A DNA stretch of 64,000 nt from Octopus sinensis (GCF_006345805.1 NC_043000.1:82832001-82896000), one strand, 5' to 3'. Counted from the first letter of the stretch, positions 47,246 through 61,987 are shown. Made by a program: numbers and translations. The notes: generated from the sequence alone by a model not told the origin.

Positions 47246-47539
47246 GCATAAGGATGATGAACGAAACACCCGTGTTTCCAGAGATGAATTATTCAAACCC
47301 CAAAGAATTCCTCTCAACACATGGCTATGAAACTTCCCCGCTACTCCTGCCCGTGATCAGAAACGTACATATTGTCAGCCACTAAGGGACATGCTCAATC
47401 GGTTACGGTCAACCAACTGGCAAGCAAATCTGTGTCATAGAGCAGAATATGAGCTGTAGTTCATCTTTTAAACCAATATGAAAGATGTACACAATAACAC
47501 TTCTAATCAATTAAAATCAGAAGCCATGAGAGCCACTGT

Positions 47540-47965
47540 TTGGTATTCTGGCAGAATCATTAGCCCACTGGACGAAATGCTCAGTTGTATTTCGTCCGTC
47601 GCTCCGTTCTGAGTTCAAATTCCACTGAGTTCGACCTTGCCTTTCATCCTTTCGGAGTCGATAAATTAAGTACCATTTGAGTACTGGGATCGATGTCCCA
47701 CTCCCCCAAATTTCAGGCCTAGTGCCTATAATAGAAATTATCATTATTATTATTATTTGGGCGGCGAACTGGCAGAATCATTAGTACACCGGGTATAATG
47801 CTTCGCGGTATTTTTATCGTCTTCACGTTCTGAGTTCTAATTCTACGAGGTCCACTTTGCCATTCATCCTTTTGGAGTCAATAAATTAAGCATCAGTGAA
47901 ACACCGTGGTCGATGTAATCGACAAGTCCCCTCCCCCCAAATTTCAGGCCTCGTGCATTTAGTAG
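47540..47965 (+). mobile_element. Two adjacent Meta/Sauria-like SINEs (~47540-47735 and ~47758-47965)
   Basis: Each has 'gagttc.aattc', 'cattcatccttt.ggagtc.ataaattaag'. Confidence 0.8.
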
Positions 47966-47979
47966 AAAGGATTATTGGT

Positions 47980-50400
47980 GACAAGTCTCCTCAAATCTCA
48001 TGTATCTTTCTTAGGAGATTCTTGCAGAATACAAGATTCTGCTTTTCTGCAAGTCGACAACGCGAGTCTCAATTCCTTTATTTTTCGGTCTCTTAAGTGG
48101 TACTTTGGGTGTTATGCCTAGTGTACCAATTACCACAGGAATAATTGTTGTTTGAGTCTTCCACAATTTCTTGAACTCTGTGGCTAGGACCTCATGTTCC
48201 TCAATTTTTTTAGTATCCACTCTATACGCTATTATAACGTATATGGTCTTACACCGTCTGTTTCTTTTGTCCTCTATAATCATACCTGATGTTCGTGCTT
48301 CAATAGTATGGTTAGTATTTTTCTAAGGGGAAATCCCATAAAGTCTTGTAATTCTCATTCTTTATCACAACCTCTGGTTCTTTCAGCATTTCGTTGTTGT
48401 TCTGCCGGTATTAGATCGCTAGATATGAAATTACATCCTGCAAATTTAGTCGTTTAGCGCCTTTCTTATCGTACTTGATGGGCCAAGCAAAACAGATTTT
48501 CTGTAGAATCAGGGAAATCATATCGATATCCTATATCTTAATTCAACCATTCAAACTTTCTGCAACTGTTCCTAAGATTCCCTTTGCGATTGAGTAATGA
48601 GAAATTTACTGTAATATCCGATTCAATGAAGTTCATATTTTGTATGCCGTTATTTTCTCACTCTCTTTATCTTCCACTTTTGTGTCAGACGGGTACACAA
48701 CATCGATGACGCAATCACTCTCTTTCCTCTTTATTAAGTACGACTATATCGGGCATAAATAGTGCATTGGTTTACCTGTTTGAAGTTTCATACATGGTCA
48801 CCTTCGAGGATGTGTTCTGTTTATGGTTATAACATTTTTTCATATCTTCAAATTCGTGCAACAGTTATATGTACTGATAGATGTAACGAATGCAGTAGTT
48901 ATTAGTATTGATAGCAGGTTAGGGTTAGATAACACTTACTGGAACAGTGAAGTATGCACCAAAATGAATTAACAGAAAGAAGTAATTTCTTGCAGGTTTT
49001 ATTTATCCGGCACAATTCGTCTCCTTAGGGTCAGTGTACAGAGTCTGTAGTAGTCGGCTGTTTACCAGTGATGAGGGGATGATAGTAACTAAAAGGCTCG
49101 TACAACGTTTGAGGAAATGTTCATGTCAAATGTAGGTACTAGAAAGAGATAAACGTGCAACGTCTAAGCGTGAAAATGAACTGTTCGAAGATATCCGGAG
49201 ACGGTTCGAATCTATAAATGTCCAAAAGCTGAAAGTAAGTCGGGAGAACAAAGAAAGTGAATGTGTGTACCTGCGTTAAACTATTGTACATTACATCTAA
49301 GATGTAGAGGAAAAGGATTTAGCTTATCTAATTTATACAGAGTATAGCAGTTGACTCTCATAAATGTTTAAGTAGGAAAGAGGCTTAAAGAAAGGGAATA
49401 GGCTTATAGAAAAATTTAGGTTAAGATTTTGATTTTTGGTTAAGGGTCCAGGAACTAACCATTCCATTCGCATGTTTTACAGATTTGCCAATGTATGATT
49501 GTTGCAACCTTGCCATGCCTCCAGTTCTTATAGTCCTGCTGAGCAAGCAGTTCATATTCGGAGACTATGCGCAACAGCCTCATCTCATATTCTACGTTCA
49601 ACTGAGATGTCTTTCTTACTTAATAGGTGGTTATCGTCGTCAGAATTCCATAACTGACTTCTGCTCTCGATATCCATCAGTATTAAAAAAATATAAAGCA
49701 AAAAAAAACAAAAAAACTCCTGTGTAAACTTTTCATTGCTTTCCCGCTCCAAGAACTTTACTTTTATTCTCTCTTCATACTGCTACCAAAAGGGTCTCTT
49801 CATTGTCAGTAACGTACTTCGCTAGACTTTCTATCTCTACTTCCACGCAGTTTTCTAGACTTAACAGTTCACTTTTTTTTTTTTTTTGTTGAAATACAAC
49901 CTATTACCTCTCTGTGGATGCGAGAACCTGTAGATTGTCAGAAATTTCCTTGTTTTTCCACAACATTCTCAAGACCATCTTTTGTCCATTTGATTATTCT
50001 GGTGCTGTGCGTGATGGTGGATATACACTTTGACTTTATGTTCTAGTATTTATGTTCTAGCATTTGTCATTGAGATTGGATTTAGTATTCTCTTTATTCT
50101 TCGAAAATATTCTTTTCCTGTCTATCCCTCATACCATCAGCTTTGCCAGACTCAAATATTTATATTTATCATCCCTATCTTCTCCGCTTTCGGTAGATTT
50201 AATCCATCACTTCTTATGATATTTCCTTTTCTTCGTCACAAGGTGTCCACGCTGAAAAAAAGCAAGTTCCTTTCTGATGTCATTGCAAAACACTCTCGCG
50301 GTATCGGCAAAGATCTCAAATTCTTTCTCACTCTTACTGGATTAACAACTTTTAGATCATGCATTAATAGCAAATAGTTGACTATCTCCTGTCCTTTCCA
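47980..50400 (-). mobile_element. Old degenerate R4/Dong-type element in two pieces (RT ~49700-50400; RLE ~47980-48510)
   Basis: RT part LMHDLK, YKYL, RIKRILNP..IKWTK..KTR, LENCVEVE..SLAKYV; RLE part EPEVVIKNENYKTLWDF..KKLWKTQTTIIPVVIGTLG..LYSARI. Parallels 23312-25112. Confidence 0.7.
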
Positions 50401-50437
50401 AAGCTGTATCCAATTTTTATTTTTCTTAATTCTAGAG

Positions 50438-50468
<31 letters not shown>

Positions 50469-51619
50469 TATCCCATAGTCAATCTAATAAGCACCAGTCA
50501 TATATTAGTGACGATTTGCTTACCAAGCCCTTTTTCGAGCATATTTTCTTTTGCACCAGCGTTTTTTTTTTTGCTATAAAAAAAAATTAACCAATATATG
50601 TTCTAGCTTATAATATAAATTACTACATTGATTTATAGCATGAGTAACACAAGTTATTCCTGCGATACAGAACGAATATTATATTCATTCTGTATCGCGG
50701 GAGTCACCGGTGATACCTCAGATACGCAAAGAATTATCCATGACAATATTCCTAAAACTGTGTGACAACGTTTATGCTAGAGTAGGGCCAATATGGAACC
50801 AATAATATACAGTCAGTAAATACACTATTTCTACAAAGAAAATGAGGAGGTCGTAGCCGGAAAACTTTTGTCCTATTTCGACTCAATTAAAGCTGACTTA
50901 TATTAAACAACAACAATGATCAGTTTTATCGTTAAATAATGAAATTACTGATGTACCCCATGATCGGTAAACCGGTAGGTATATTATGTTGAGTATGAAT
51001 TCAAAATTCGCTAAAAATGATGTTGCTTTTCAGATTTCACGGGTCGATAAAAGTAAGTACCCGTCGAGTACTGAGGTCATGAATCAACTTGCGCTATTAT
51101 TTTAGGCTTGGTAGTATTTAGGGCAAAGTTGTTAAATGTGTTTAGTAATCAGAATGTTCTTGACAACCAGTACAAAACGAAGGCGACAGGAAATAAATGA
51201 ACGCATTACAAAAACAAAAACGAGATTATCAATAAGAATAAAGCGTCTGTTCACAATGCGCCGAAAAAACTTCTCCAAAATAGCTTGCTGAAGTGATATG
51301 GCGCTACATTCAAATATCTTGTTGTCGCCACTATTTTTGTTTTGCTTTCAAATGTTAATCGTATTATTTAACCTAGTCTACTGTTTCTTTACAGTCAACA
51401 AATACTGCAATACCTGCGTGTTATTTATAGATTTTTAAATGGAGAACTATACAATCTGCTACACAGTATACTTCGAGATACGTGAATCTACCAAAAACAA
51501 CTAAAGAGATATACTAATGCTAACAGATGACTGATTATTAACTTTTTGAACTAAGATCTGTTGTTTTTTTTGAGAATTTTAAAATTTGTAACATGTTAGT
51601 ATTTGATTTTCCTTCGCTC

Positions 51620-53648
51620 AATTTTGTTTCACGTTACGTCACTTCCGTTTTGTATGAGAGGTCAAGGACGTTTTGATTACATATGCATTCAGCAAGATTA
51701 CCGTATTTAATTACATCAATTTACGGTCTGTGTTCAAATCCGTTGAGATTGACATCGACAGTCAACATTCCGGGGTCGATAAAAAAGTATCAGTCACTAA
51801 CTAGCTGCATGTTTATAAGAGTATTATTTATGGCCTTGCCTTATCTATTTTGTTATCAAGTTGTCTCCCTTTGCTCTCTGAGTTCGATTCCCGCCAAGGT
51901 TTGATTTTGCATTTCATTCTTTCAGAAATGGGAAGGACTAGTGATAAAATATAAAATAGAGAGTCGTTGGAGATAAGGGAAGTGTGGGAATCGATATAAT
52001 CGAATATTGCATACTATCATGCTTCTAAGAAAAGCTGTGACCTTATGTCTGTATTAAAAAACACATGTACGTATGTATATATATTTGTGTACAGGATTGA
52101 TATATCTATAGACATAATTACATATATGTATCCATATATTTAAATGTGTGGTATGTGTGTGTATGTATGTGCCTTTGTGTGTGTGTATTCTGGTGTCCAG
52201 AAAAAAAAAAAGAAAAACTACTTCGGTTCGTGGCTAAATCGCCCATGTCATTACATTTGAAAGACCCGTATCCATGCGGTAGTGCGCATGCCTGAACCTC
52301 ATCATTACGAAAGAGAGGAGACGGTCGTTGTTTGAAAACATTTATATATACATATATATATATATATTTATATATATATGTATATATAAATATAATTATA
52401 TATACACATACATACACACACACGCGCTTATACATATCTATTTCCTGTGTCTTCTCTCTCTCTCCCTCTCTCTTTCTCTGTCCTCTCTTTATTTCGCGTC
52501 TTCAGTTTTTGGGGTCACCCCCCTTCGTTTATTTACCAAAATAGCTGTTAAACCCCCTAATTGAAAGGTACGTGCTAATGCTATACTAATTACAATTTTA
52601 ATTCATTAATTTATATATTAGTATATACATGTATAGTATAAACATACACACACGCATATATATATCGATAGTAAACATCAGTCACTTTGGATTCTCGTAA
52701 ACCTATGTATTACACCACGATGCAATATTCGATTTTATATTTTATATATATATATATATACAATGTATGTTTTGAATCTCTATCAAATGACCGGCTAAAT
52801 TAACGTATTTTCTTCGTACATCGTATCTCTTCCTCGTGTCCCTCCGTTTTTTTTTTTTTTACCGATCTCGATAACTTAAAATAAGATCGTATGCATATAT
52901 ATATAACCTTTGATTTGGTCACTAATGAGATTATATTTCACAAATTTGATACGAATTTATTTGTGTAGTGTGTGTATTAGCCTTTGCTATTGAACTTAAT
53001 AATTTAATTAGACATGGAGATTATATGTATTTATGTTAGTACAATGAGATGAATTATTCTCTGTAATCACAGATAGACTAGGGGTCTTTCTCTCCTACTT
53101 ATCGCATCTAGTCAGTCACCCTCTGTTCCAGTAATTTCAAATTTTCCTCCAAATTTTCTCGTTCAGTCATCATCAGTTAAGCACTCGATGCCTCTCCAAT
53201 ATCTTCCTACTTCTAAACGATCAACATTGTTTATATATCTCCCGCCTTTTCATTTTTTAGCTATATTTTTTTCGTTGTCGTTGTATCTACCTATTGATCG
53301 GGCTGTTTATCGATCCAATTGGTTATCATTCTAACGATTCAGCTAGCAAACCACCTATCGATCCAACTGGCTAACTCCCTACTTGTTTGTATTTAGATCT
53401 AACTATATTTGTCTAGCTATTAATCTATCTAGTTTATTATGCCTATATTTCGATCGAGTTATCTATGTTTCTAGCTATATTTACTCTATTTATATTGCTC
53501 TATGTACACTATTGTCCTCAGAATTCAACGAAGATCCATACTTCTTTCTCTTCTGCCATTTTCTCCTACAAGAAAGAAATATTTAGCTTTTAAAACAATA
53601 TGGCTTTAAATACATATTTGTAAAGACACACATACATCAATATATGAA

Positions 53649-53686
<38 letters not shown>

Positions 53687-53737
53687 CACAGTTGCTTTCA
53701 GAGTAAGGAGAATTTACTCACGAAGAGAAGAGAGGCA

Positions 53738-53771
<34 letters not shown>

Positions 53772-53960
53772 TATATATAATATATATATATAATGTGAGT
53801 GTGTGTGCACTCACAAATATAAACAAACATATATCTCCGTATCTTAAAACACTAGGTTTTTTTTTCATTAGATATTGATGGATATTTATGTATGTGTGCG
53901 TGTGTGTCGACCCGGAAGTTTTGTGGCGGCAAAATGTCTTTAACGTTTCTGTTGGTAAAG
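51620..53960. promoter_or_regulatory. Candidate housekeeping promoter region for the hnRNP Q/R gene
   Basis: CpG-retaining; 'acgtcacttccg' (~51627), 'tgcgcatgc' (~52283), 'ccggaagt' (53912) next to a YY1-like 'gcggcaaaatg' and a G|gtaaag donor at 53955. Motif inference only. Confidence 0.25.
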
Positions 53961-56900
53961 TTGTAGCCCTAGCCCAGTTCTAACTGAGCAGGCTTTTGAT
54001 CATAAGTTTTCTAGCCAAGATCACCACCATCTTTGGTATTTCATTATCCACTATGTTCCTTTCTTCTTAAAACTGTAGGGTGAATGTTCTTTAATCGAGA
54101 ATCAGTATTTCTAACAGGTCGATACACTACTTAGAGGCCGTTGCTCTCTTGTGCTTGTAGAGGTAATAGTGATGATATACTAATTCTCATGTCTTTTACC
54201 TACCTCACCCAACTCCTTCAACATTCTAATTTTAGTGAAGTTTCCTTAAACTCACGCAAGACCCAACCACCATCTCCCACATTCTTCTCGGTTAATAACT
54301 ATCTTACTGCCTACCACCACCGGCGATATATTGTGTAAGGTGTACTCATTGCTCTTGCCGCTAAAATACAGTGACCTCATTCTTCGACTTGCTTCTCGTC
54401 TCTTATCTTGTCTTCACCACATTTATTCAGTTGGTTTTAACTACTACTACTTTGCCAACAAAGCCAAATCTCGATCTGAAATAGCTCACAAATCTCCTCA
54501 ATCACCTTTCTGTGAAATAAAAAAGAAGGAAGCCAGGTTGATAGGTTGTTTTCATAAAGAGTAGCCCAAAATGTAACTTAAAGACTACAAGGATTTATTT
54601 GTTCGGTTCGTCATAATTTCAGTTTGGTGCCCCAGTTCTCTTTGAATTTGTTTACTCGTAACTTTCTAAAAAATGCATATTTTTAATGAAATCTCACTTC
54701 TTTTGGGAACGTAGATTACAATTATTGCGGTAACATGAAAAAAAAATGCTTTTGGAGTTTTGTATTATTCCTCGACCTTTAAATATGACATTCTACCGAA
54801 ATAGGTTTTGGAGAGTTGGTCGTGGGGGGGTGGGGTAATCCAAAACACCTGTACAATTATATTTTTTTCAAAATTTAATCAAAATAATCCTAAGCTGCAA
54901 TCTCGAAAATCCATCTCTGACAAATTTCGTTAGATATTGTTCAGAAAGTTATGAATCGCAGTTGGGCACCAAACTGTAATCATGCTGATGGGTTCTAATT
55001 TCTTTTTTAAATTTAATATGATGTTTAATAGATTCTTATCTTTAAATGCTAGAGGTAGCAAATATCCCTAATTTATTATAAGGCAAAGAAACGGAAAAAA
55101 TAAGTAGTGTGATCCGCTAGTTTAGTCCCATCTGGTAACCCTTAAAGGAAGGGTAACATTGAACTCTAGATATAGATATACAGAAACACTGGGTGGTCAC
55201 AACTAGAACATTTTTTATCCATAGATCGGGGCAAGCTTGGGTCTTTGAAACGCAATGTGAGCGCTTTATAACTAATGCCACCTGCTTTGGATTACCTGAT
55301 ACAAAACATCTTTTAAAGTAATCTAAGTTAAACCTTCCATCAAATTTCATATTAATTGATGTTCCAAACACCAACAGCTTCATAATGGCAGTTATTGTAC
55401 TAAATTCGCTATTTTTTTTAAATAACTGAAGTAGTGTAAATCACCATAAATCAGGGTTTCTGTTTAGCCTCTCGTCTCTCCATCGTCGTTGATTACGGTG
55501 ATATACTGTGATATTGTCTCTTACAAATTTGTGTTGGGGTTAAGTCGTAACTTTCTTCCTGTAGTTGTTTAGCCCTAAGTCAGCTTTAATCGAACAGACC
55601 TGTCTGGACAAAAGTATTCCATTTGTGAGGGACTCTATGTTATACAATAAATCCTTTTTAAAAACTGCATGGTGATTTGAGAGATTTCTAACGGATCGAG
55701 GCTCTTGTAACTAAAATAGAAAACATGGTTTGAACTGTCATTGGATAATATTGGTTAGTTCCAGTCAACTACTAGAAATGATTTGATTGATTGTTCTTAT
55801 TGGAAAACTATTAATCATACTACCATTCCACCTAAAGTTGGGCCTATATTCAATGGGGTTGCATCTTCGAATTTCTTTCACCGATCGTGTCAACTTTTTC
55901 CGATTTTTTTCTCCTTAAATCTTCGGGTTATTGTTGTTTTGAACATTTGAGATTCAATATCTGCGAACTGTTGTTATTATTTCAGTCAGACACTAATTAA
56001 GATGAGGAAGTATTTAAGCTGTGGTATGTATTTTTGTATTTGAATCGTATACAAATATATCTAGTTTGTATTTGATGCGTGTAAATATGGGGTTACATTT
56101 TCGTCTTAAAGTGAAACTGAAACAGCAGCGTTTATATTTTCTAATCGTTAAACAGCAAATGTTTTCAAATACACACAAAATCTTTGTAAAGGGATCTCCA
56201 TCGGTTTCATTTAACTGGATTACCTGCTCGCTGAATTGGCGTGGAGGTGGTTGAACATTCTATAGGCACATGTATCCTTAATGTAACTATTTTCGAGTAG
56301 AATCATCTTGGTACAGTGTGTTGATAAGGCCCACATCTGCGCGATTGTTAAGCGAACTTTCAAACCTTTCGATCATGTAAATTGCTTGCTTAACTGTGAC
56401 AAGTTTCTGATTTAAAAAATTTAAATATATACAATTTGTAATTTCCGAATCTTCGATGCTTAAAACAAAGTCAAAGACCGCATTTATTGCTTTTTAGAAG
56501 GACATAAAAACTTTGAGGGTTAAACGAATAACTTGTTTTCTCTTGATACACGCTGAACCTGGTAGAAATAGCAACTAAATTTTAATTTAAACCTACCGTC
56601 TTAAAAATGGAAGCACACATGGATTATCTAATATAATCTTTGGTATTCAAATGCCTGGGTGTGGCGTAGGGTGATGAAGACGTTGAATCGATCGAGTGGA
56701 CCAGGTTTAGAAACTTAACCTGTTTCTTCATAACTAAGATAAACTCGGTACACACACGTGCTTTCATAGATTAAAGATTTGTTAGTTGTTTGAGATCAAC
56801 TATACCCCTCCCCCCACCTCTGCCCTACTAGCTCTTGAATTCCGTTTTCAAATGTATGAAATCTATATTTTATATTTTTCTCTATTTTAGAATAAGTAAA

Positions 56901-59900
56901 ACTACTATAACTTCCTTTAGTTGTTTAGTCCCTGGTCAGCTTTAATCGAGCAGATCTATCTGGACAAAAGTATTCCATTTGTGAAGGACTCTTTATTATA
57001 CAATAAATCCTTTTTAAAAACTGCATGGTGATTTGAGAGATTTCTAACGGATCGAGCGACTTCGTAGAAGCTCTCGTTGTTTCTCATGCTATTTTTGAAA
57101 TGATTTAGCTTAATAAATATGTGTGTATACATACATGCGCACGCGCGAAAGACAGGACATTCAACTCGGAAGGCCTTGACCGTGATGGCTCAGACAAACA
57201 TACATACACAGTCATCGGGAAGTGTGTATTAATTTTCTTGGTGTTTGTACAGGAATGGATTTATGGGAGGTGCTCGCTTGTTATTTGATATTGATCGGAT
57301 CCAATAGATAGGAAAGAAGATAGTTTATATTATATTTTTAAGAGGGTTATTAATTTTTCTTATCTCATTGCAGTTGTATCTTGCCGAGCACACACACATA
57401 CAAGTATGTTTGTGTTCTTTTTATTTTCTAATGAGCATTATAGAAATATGGAAGTTGTTTTTAGTGTTAGGCATATGTACATATACTGAAGTGAAAGTAA
57501 CACCCACACTATATATGTTTGTGTGTGTATGCATATTATATTCATCTATCTATCTACCTTATATATATATAATGATGGCGGGAAACGTGACATCAGAAAT
57601 AACGAAACTGAAGAAGACAAAATGTCTGGCTTGATTTGAATATAGCGGGATGGCGTCGAAGTTGGGGTGGTAGGGCATTGATATACAGAGAGATGGCAGA
57701 GTTAGAAGAAATGTGCAACTGCTACAATTGGGTCAGTACCGCCATTGGCTTGTACATTGTATCATAGTATGCACTCTCTTCCTATCTCTCTCTCCCTCTC
57801 TTCGCATACACACACACTCGAACGCACGTGTATTTTTCGTTGCTAAATTGTCAGTTACATAGTTGCAACTTTATGTAGCTGCTGCTATTTTTACATGCTT
57901 TGTATGAGGATTTGCTTGTGTGTTGAAGTGTAGCTGTGTGCGTGCATATATATATATATAATATATATATATATACATTCATATATAGTGTGTCTATACG
58001 TGCACAGGTATGGTTTTATTAGGCCTCAGATCGCCTCTGGTCGAAACAGAACTGTGATATCAAAGTGTTCCAGCTGTGACCATTTTGTGTTCTTGCACAT
58101 CCAGGACTGCAGTGTCTTTTCAGTGGACTGTGATTTAATGGAAATTTGTTAGCTGTTAATTCTAGCTGGTCAATCGACCACGTAAAGGTTTGTTGGTTCC
58201 TATTATTCATATGTATACGTGTGAATTTATAGGGTGTGTGTATACATACGTACATATATATTTGTATATTTATGTGTGTGTGTGTATATATATATATATA
58301 TAAAGAGAGATAGAGAGAGACATGCAGAACGGTAAAATAAATAACAGACTGAGTATTTGAATCGATTTAATTTGCTGAAAACTCTTGAAGGCAGTGCTCC
58401 ACCATGGCCTCGGTTCATAGATTGAAATCAAGGAAGAAAATTATCTCTGTATACTCAACAATGCATATGAAGTTTGTAATCCCCAACCACTTTGTATCTT
58501 GTATAATTAACCCCTTCTCCTTCTAAGTATATAGGCAAATCTTAAGCTAACCGAAGTGGGGAGATGTACTGAATGAGTATACTGAGAAATAAATTGTAAG
58601 TGAATTCAATTGTCTCTTAATCGGAGAGAGAGAGAAAAAAAAAAAAAACAAAGAAAAGGGGAAAATCTATTAGTAATAATTTTAAGCGATCGTCAAAGAT
58701 TATAAATAGCTTTTTGTTATGACTTGTTATTTCTTAATTACTCAATGTCATGACAGTTCCATTCGCCCACCTCTGTGACCTACTTTTGATTTGTCTATCG
58801 ATTACGCCACCCTAAAAGATACCCTGCTATTTTTTTTCTTTTCTTTTTTCCATTAGGTCTTACACCTTTGTGTGTATGTATTTTGTTTTCGTCTGGTTGG
58901 GGAGGTAGCAAATGCCTCCATATGTTTTCAAGACAAAATTATTGTTTTTAAATGTGTATGTGTGTGTGCATATGTCTCCTACATATCTGGATGTATATTT
59001 ATGTTACTTATAAATCCATTGGCCGTGGTTTAGTTGTGTTTAAAACAAAAGTATGTCTCTACATTCTGAGTCGAAATCCCACCGAGGTCAACTTAGCCGT
59101 TTTTTTCCTTCCTTGTTCAATAAAATCAGTATCCGGTTACAAAGAACTGGTGTCATTATGATTTACTCTTGTATTACTATCGTCATATTCCAATAAGTGA
59201 AACAAGGAAAATAATGAAAATATGTATTAAGACAAATGTTCTTTTCGTGGTATATATGCATATCCTTGCTTGGGGAATGTTAAGAAAAGGAGGGTTGGTG
59301 GTAGGGAGGTATTTTCCCAGTAGAAGGTTATGTAAATATAAATACAGGGTGTCTAGTTGTAGTTTCACAGCATTAAAATGTATGAGAAATAAATCTTTTG
59401 AAAAGGACACTTTCTGTTGTTGCATGTAGCCTTCCCGAATGAATGTAACACCCTAAGTAAACTTAAGCGGAATGAAGTGTTATGCACCCTTGTATATTTT
59501 TATCAGCTTTGAACTCATGATGTGTGAAAAAGTAGTCTCAATTTTTAACCATTCAGCCAGTCAGCTTTAAAAAAAAAGATCCATAACTTGGACTTAACCA
59601 CAAAGTGTTATTGTTGCCCAGCCTATTAGAAAAATCAACAATATCTACTTCAAATTACATCCTGTTCTTTTGAAAGGACACTAGTCCTTAATAGACAGTG
59701 TTTGAAAAAAGGTCAGATAGTCATGGTTGGGATGCCTTTGATCATATGTCTGCCGGATTACGGCCAATGTAGGGTTAAGCATTTATTTTTTGGGATATTG
59801 TGTGATTTGATTATTTTAGTCAAGATGATGATGTGACAATTATTATCGTTATATTTAGTGTCATATTTTCAAACCTTTTCTCAAATGAGTTCGTCTGTTC

Positions 59901-60253
59901 TACATTTGATTTTTTGTCACTCAGTGGTGTTTGTGTAGATGTATGTAGAAATAAAGAAACTTATATTTTATATGTCAGGGTTTTAGTCAGAGTAAGCTTT
60001 TCCTAGCTGGTGATGCACAGCCTAAGTACCTGCAAGAAAAATAGGGAAACTGGAGATTTAATCCAGATAGTTTCCAACAGTGAACTAAAAGTTGCTAAAG
60101 AAAAATTTAAAAAGTGTTTTAATGTATTATGCTTTTGCCAATACTGAAGGTTGAGTTTCAGCAAAGTAAAAAGAATTGTTTAAATAAAAGATGAAAAAAT
60201 GTAGATAAGTAAATTGGAGGATGAAAATCTCATTTTTTTCCTCTTTTTCTCAG

Positions 60254-60342
60254 GATCCTCTCTTTTTCACTGTCTCTGACATGTTGATTTTCTCTCTGCA
60301 TTTTAAAGTAATAATTATTGCTGTTTTAGAATTTTCTCTTTG
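60254..60342 (+). other. Possible 5' UTR exon
   Basis: Polypyrimidine tract + CAG at 60251-60253; downstream G|gtatgt at 60343. Confidence 0.2.
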
Positions 60343-61806
60343 GTATGTATTTGTAGAACTTAAAAGTTAAATTCCTACATACAGAGGAGAATTATATTTG
60401 TGCGTGACAGAATGGCAAAAGTAATGATGTCACCAAAATAATTTGGATATGTGCTAAGATAAGAAATACTGGTGCCAAGGTTACATCATTTTGGTAGATG
60501 CTGTTTTTGGTTACCACTGTTTCTTAAGCTAATTTTAGTTAAGGTGTGTTTGTAATTATATGTGGTAGGTCTGAAAATAGCAAAAATGCCAACAAGTGCT
60601 GAAAGTTTCTTTGTATGTGCCAGCTGATGATTTCTTCAAATGTTTGATGAGGTTATTGTACTTAGAACCAAAACTATTCCTCTTTCTTCCTCCCTCAACT
60701 TCTTAAACTGTTTCCTATGTTTTTTTTTGCTTATTTTTTATTCTTTTACCACTGGACAGTAAATCACACCCTGCTAACTGAATAGTGTACTTTACTTTCT
60801 TATTACTACACTTAACCTGGTGAGTACCACAGCATAGTACCATATAGGAATACTACTAAAGAATTTGTCTTTTTAGAGTAAGTCAGTTTGGTGGCTATCC
60901 CACTTCAAGCTTTGGACATCCCAAAGGGAATTTCACTGAATTGTACTCTTTTTTATTGACTCATTGGCCTGATTATAACTGAAGACACAGTACAGTGTAG
61001 ACAACTTTGTAAAACCACCAACTTTTCATCTGTTTGCCTGGGATCTTGTAAGTGTGCCTGTGTCTAAAAGGGCTGTTACCTCTTTACCAAATTGAAAAAA
61101 AATTGTCCCCTGTGTTTCTCTCTTCCTGTGTCATGCTTCAACACTATTAACCTCACCTTGTTATCACTGTCTCACAGTGATGAGTGAAAAGTCTACTCAA
61201 TAATTTCTAATAAGAGCTAATTAAAAGACCATTGTTATACATACTCCCAAACATGCCTCTTACTATTTAATAATTCCAAAGCATCATAATATTTTTCATA
61301 CTGTCTTGACATGCTTCATGCTTGTGTAAGAATAGCTTCTTTTTTACTAGGAAAGGCATGAGAGTCACCATTTCTCCTATTCCTCCTTAAGCATTATTAT
61401 CATCTTGTGTTTAGTTGCATTCCTTTTTGTTCTGAGTTAAAATCTCTCTGGAAATAGACTTGTCCTCTTTCTTTGGATTTGATCAAATGTGTATCAGCCA
61501 AGTACTGACATAAAATCTCATCAACAAAGCCCTCCCTATGAATGTGTTGCCTTTTGCCTATGACAGAAGTCCTCATTATTCAACTACTTCTCATCCTTCC
61601 AGCATCAGATAAAGTATCAGTCAAGTACTGGGGTTGATTTAATTGACTAAATTTTGGCCCAGTGCCTGTAAAAAGTATTGTGGATAGCAGAGAATATGAT
61701 GATGTTTCAATATGTATTCTGTTTTTGTTATTAGGTTGTTTTGCAGACTGTATTGATTTGTTGTTGTTTTTTTCTTTCTCTCTTCTTTTCTCTTGTTAAA
61801 TATTAG

Positions 61807-61987
61807 ATGGCTGAAAATGGACAGGAAGAAGTAGATCCATCATTGGAAGATCAACTTTTAGCTGAGGACGAAGCTGAAGAATCTACAGAAACCATGGAGA
61901 ATGGTCACTCTGACGATTATCAAAAATTAATCGATCATGGAATCGATAAGAAAGTAGCTGATGAATTGATTAAAATTTACAAAACTG
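61807..61987 (+). CDS. SYNCRIP: hnRNP Q/R (SYNCRIP-like), first coding exon (60 codons + 1 nt)
   Basis: Polypyrimidine + TTAG|ATG; HSDDYQKLIDHGIDKKVADELIKIYKTG aligns with recalled human HSENFQTLLDAGLPQKVAEKLDEIYVAG; donor G|gtgagt, phase 1. Next exon not found in the window. Confidence 0.85.

Noticed and set aside
49178-49216. TCGAAGA..CCG-GAGA-CGG..CGAAT hammerhead-like motif
   Set aside because: Too many core deviations and no stem I or III; at most a relic.
55117-55383. 88-aa ORF
   Set aside because: No recognisable domain or splice context.
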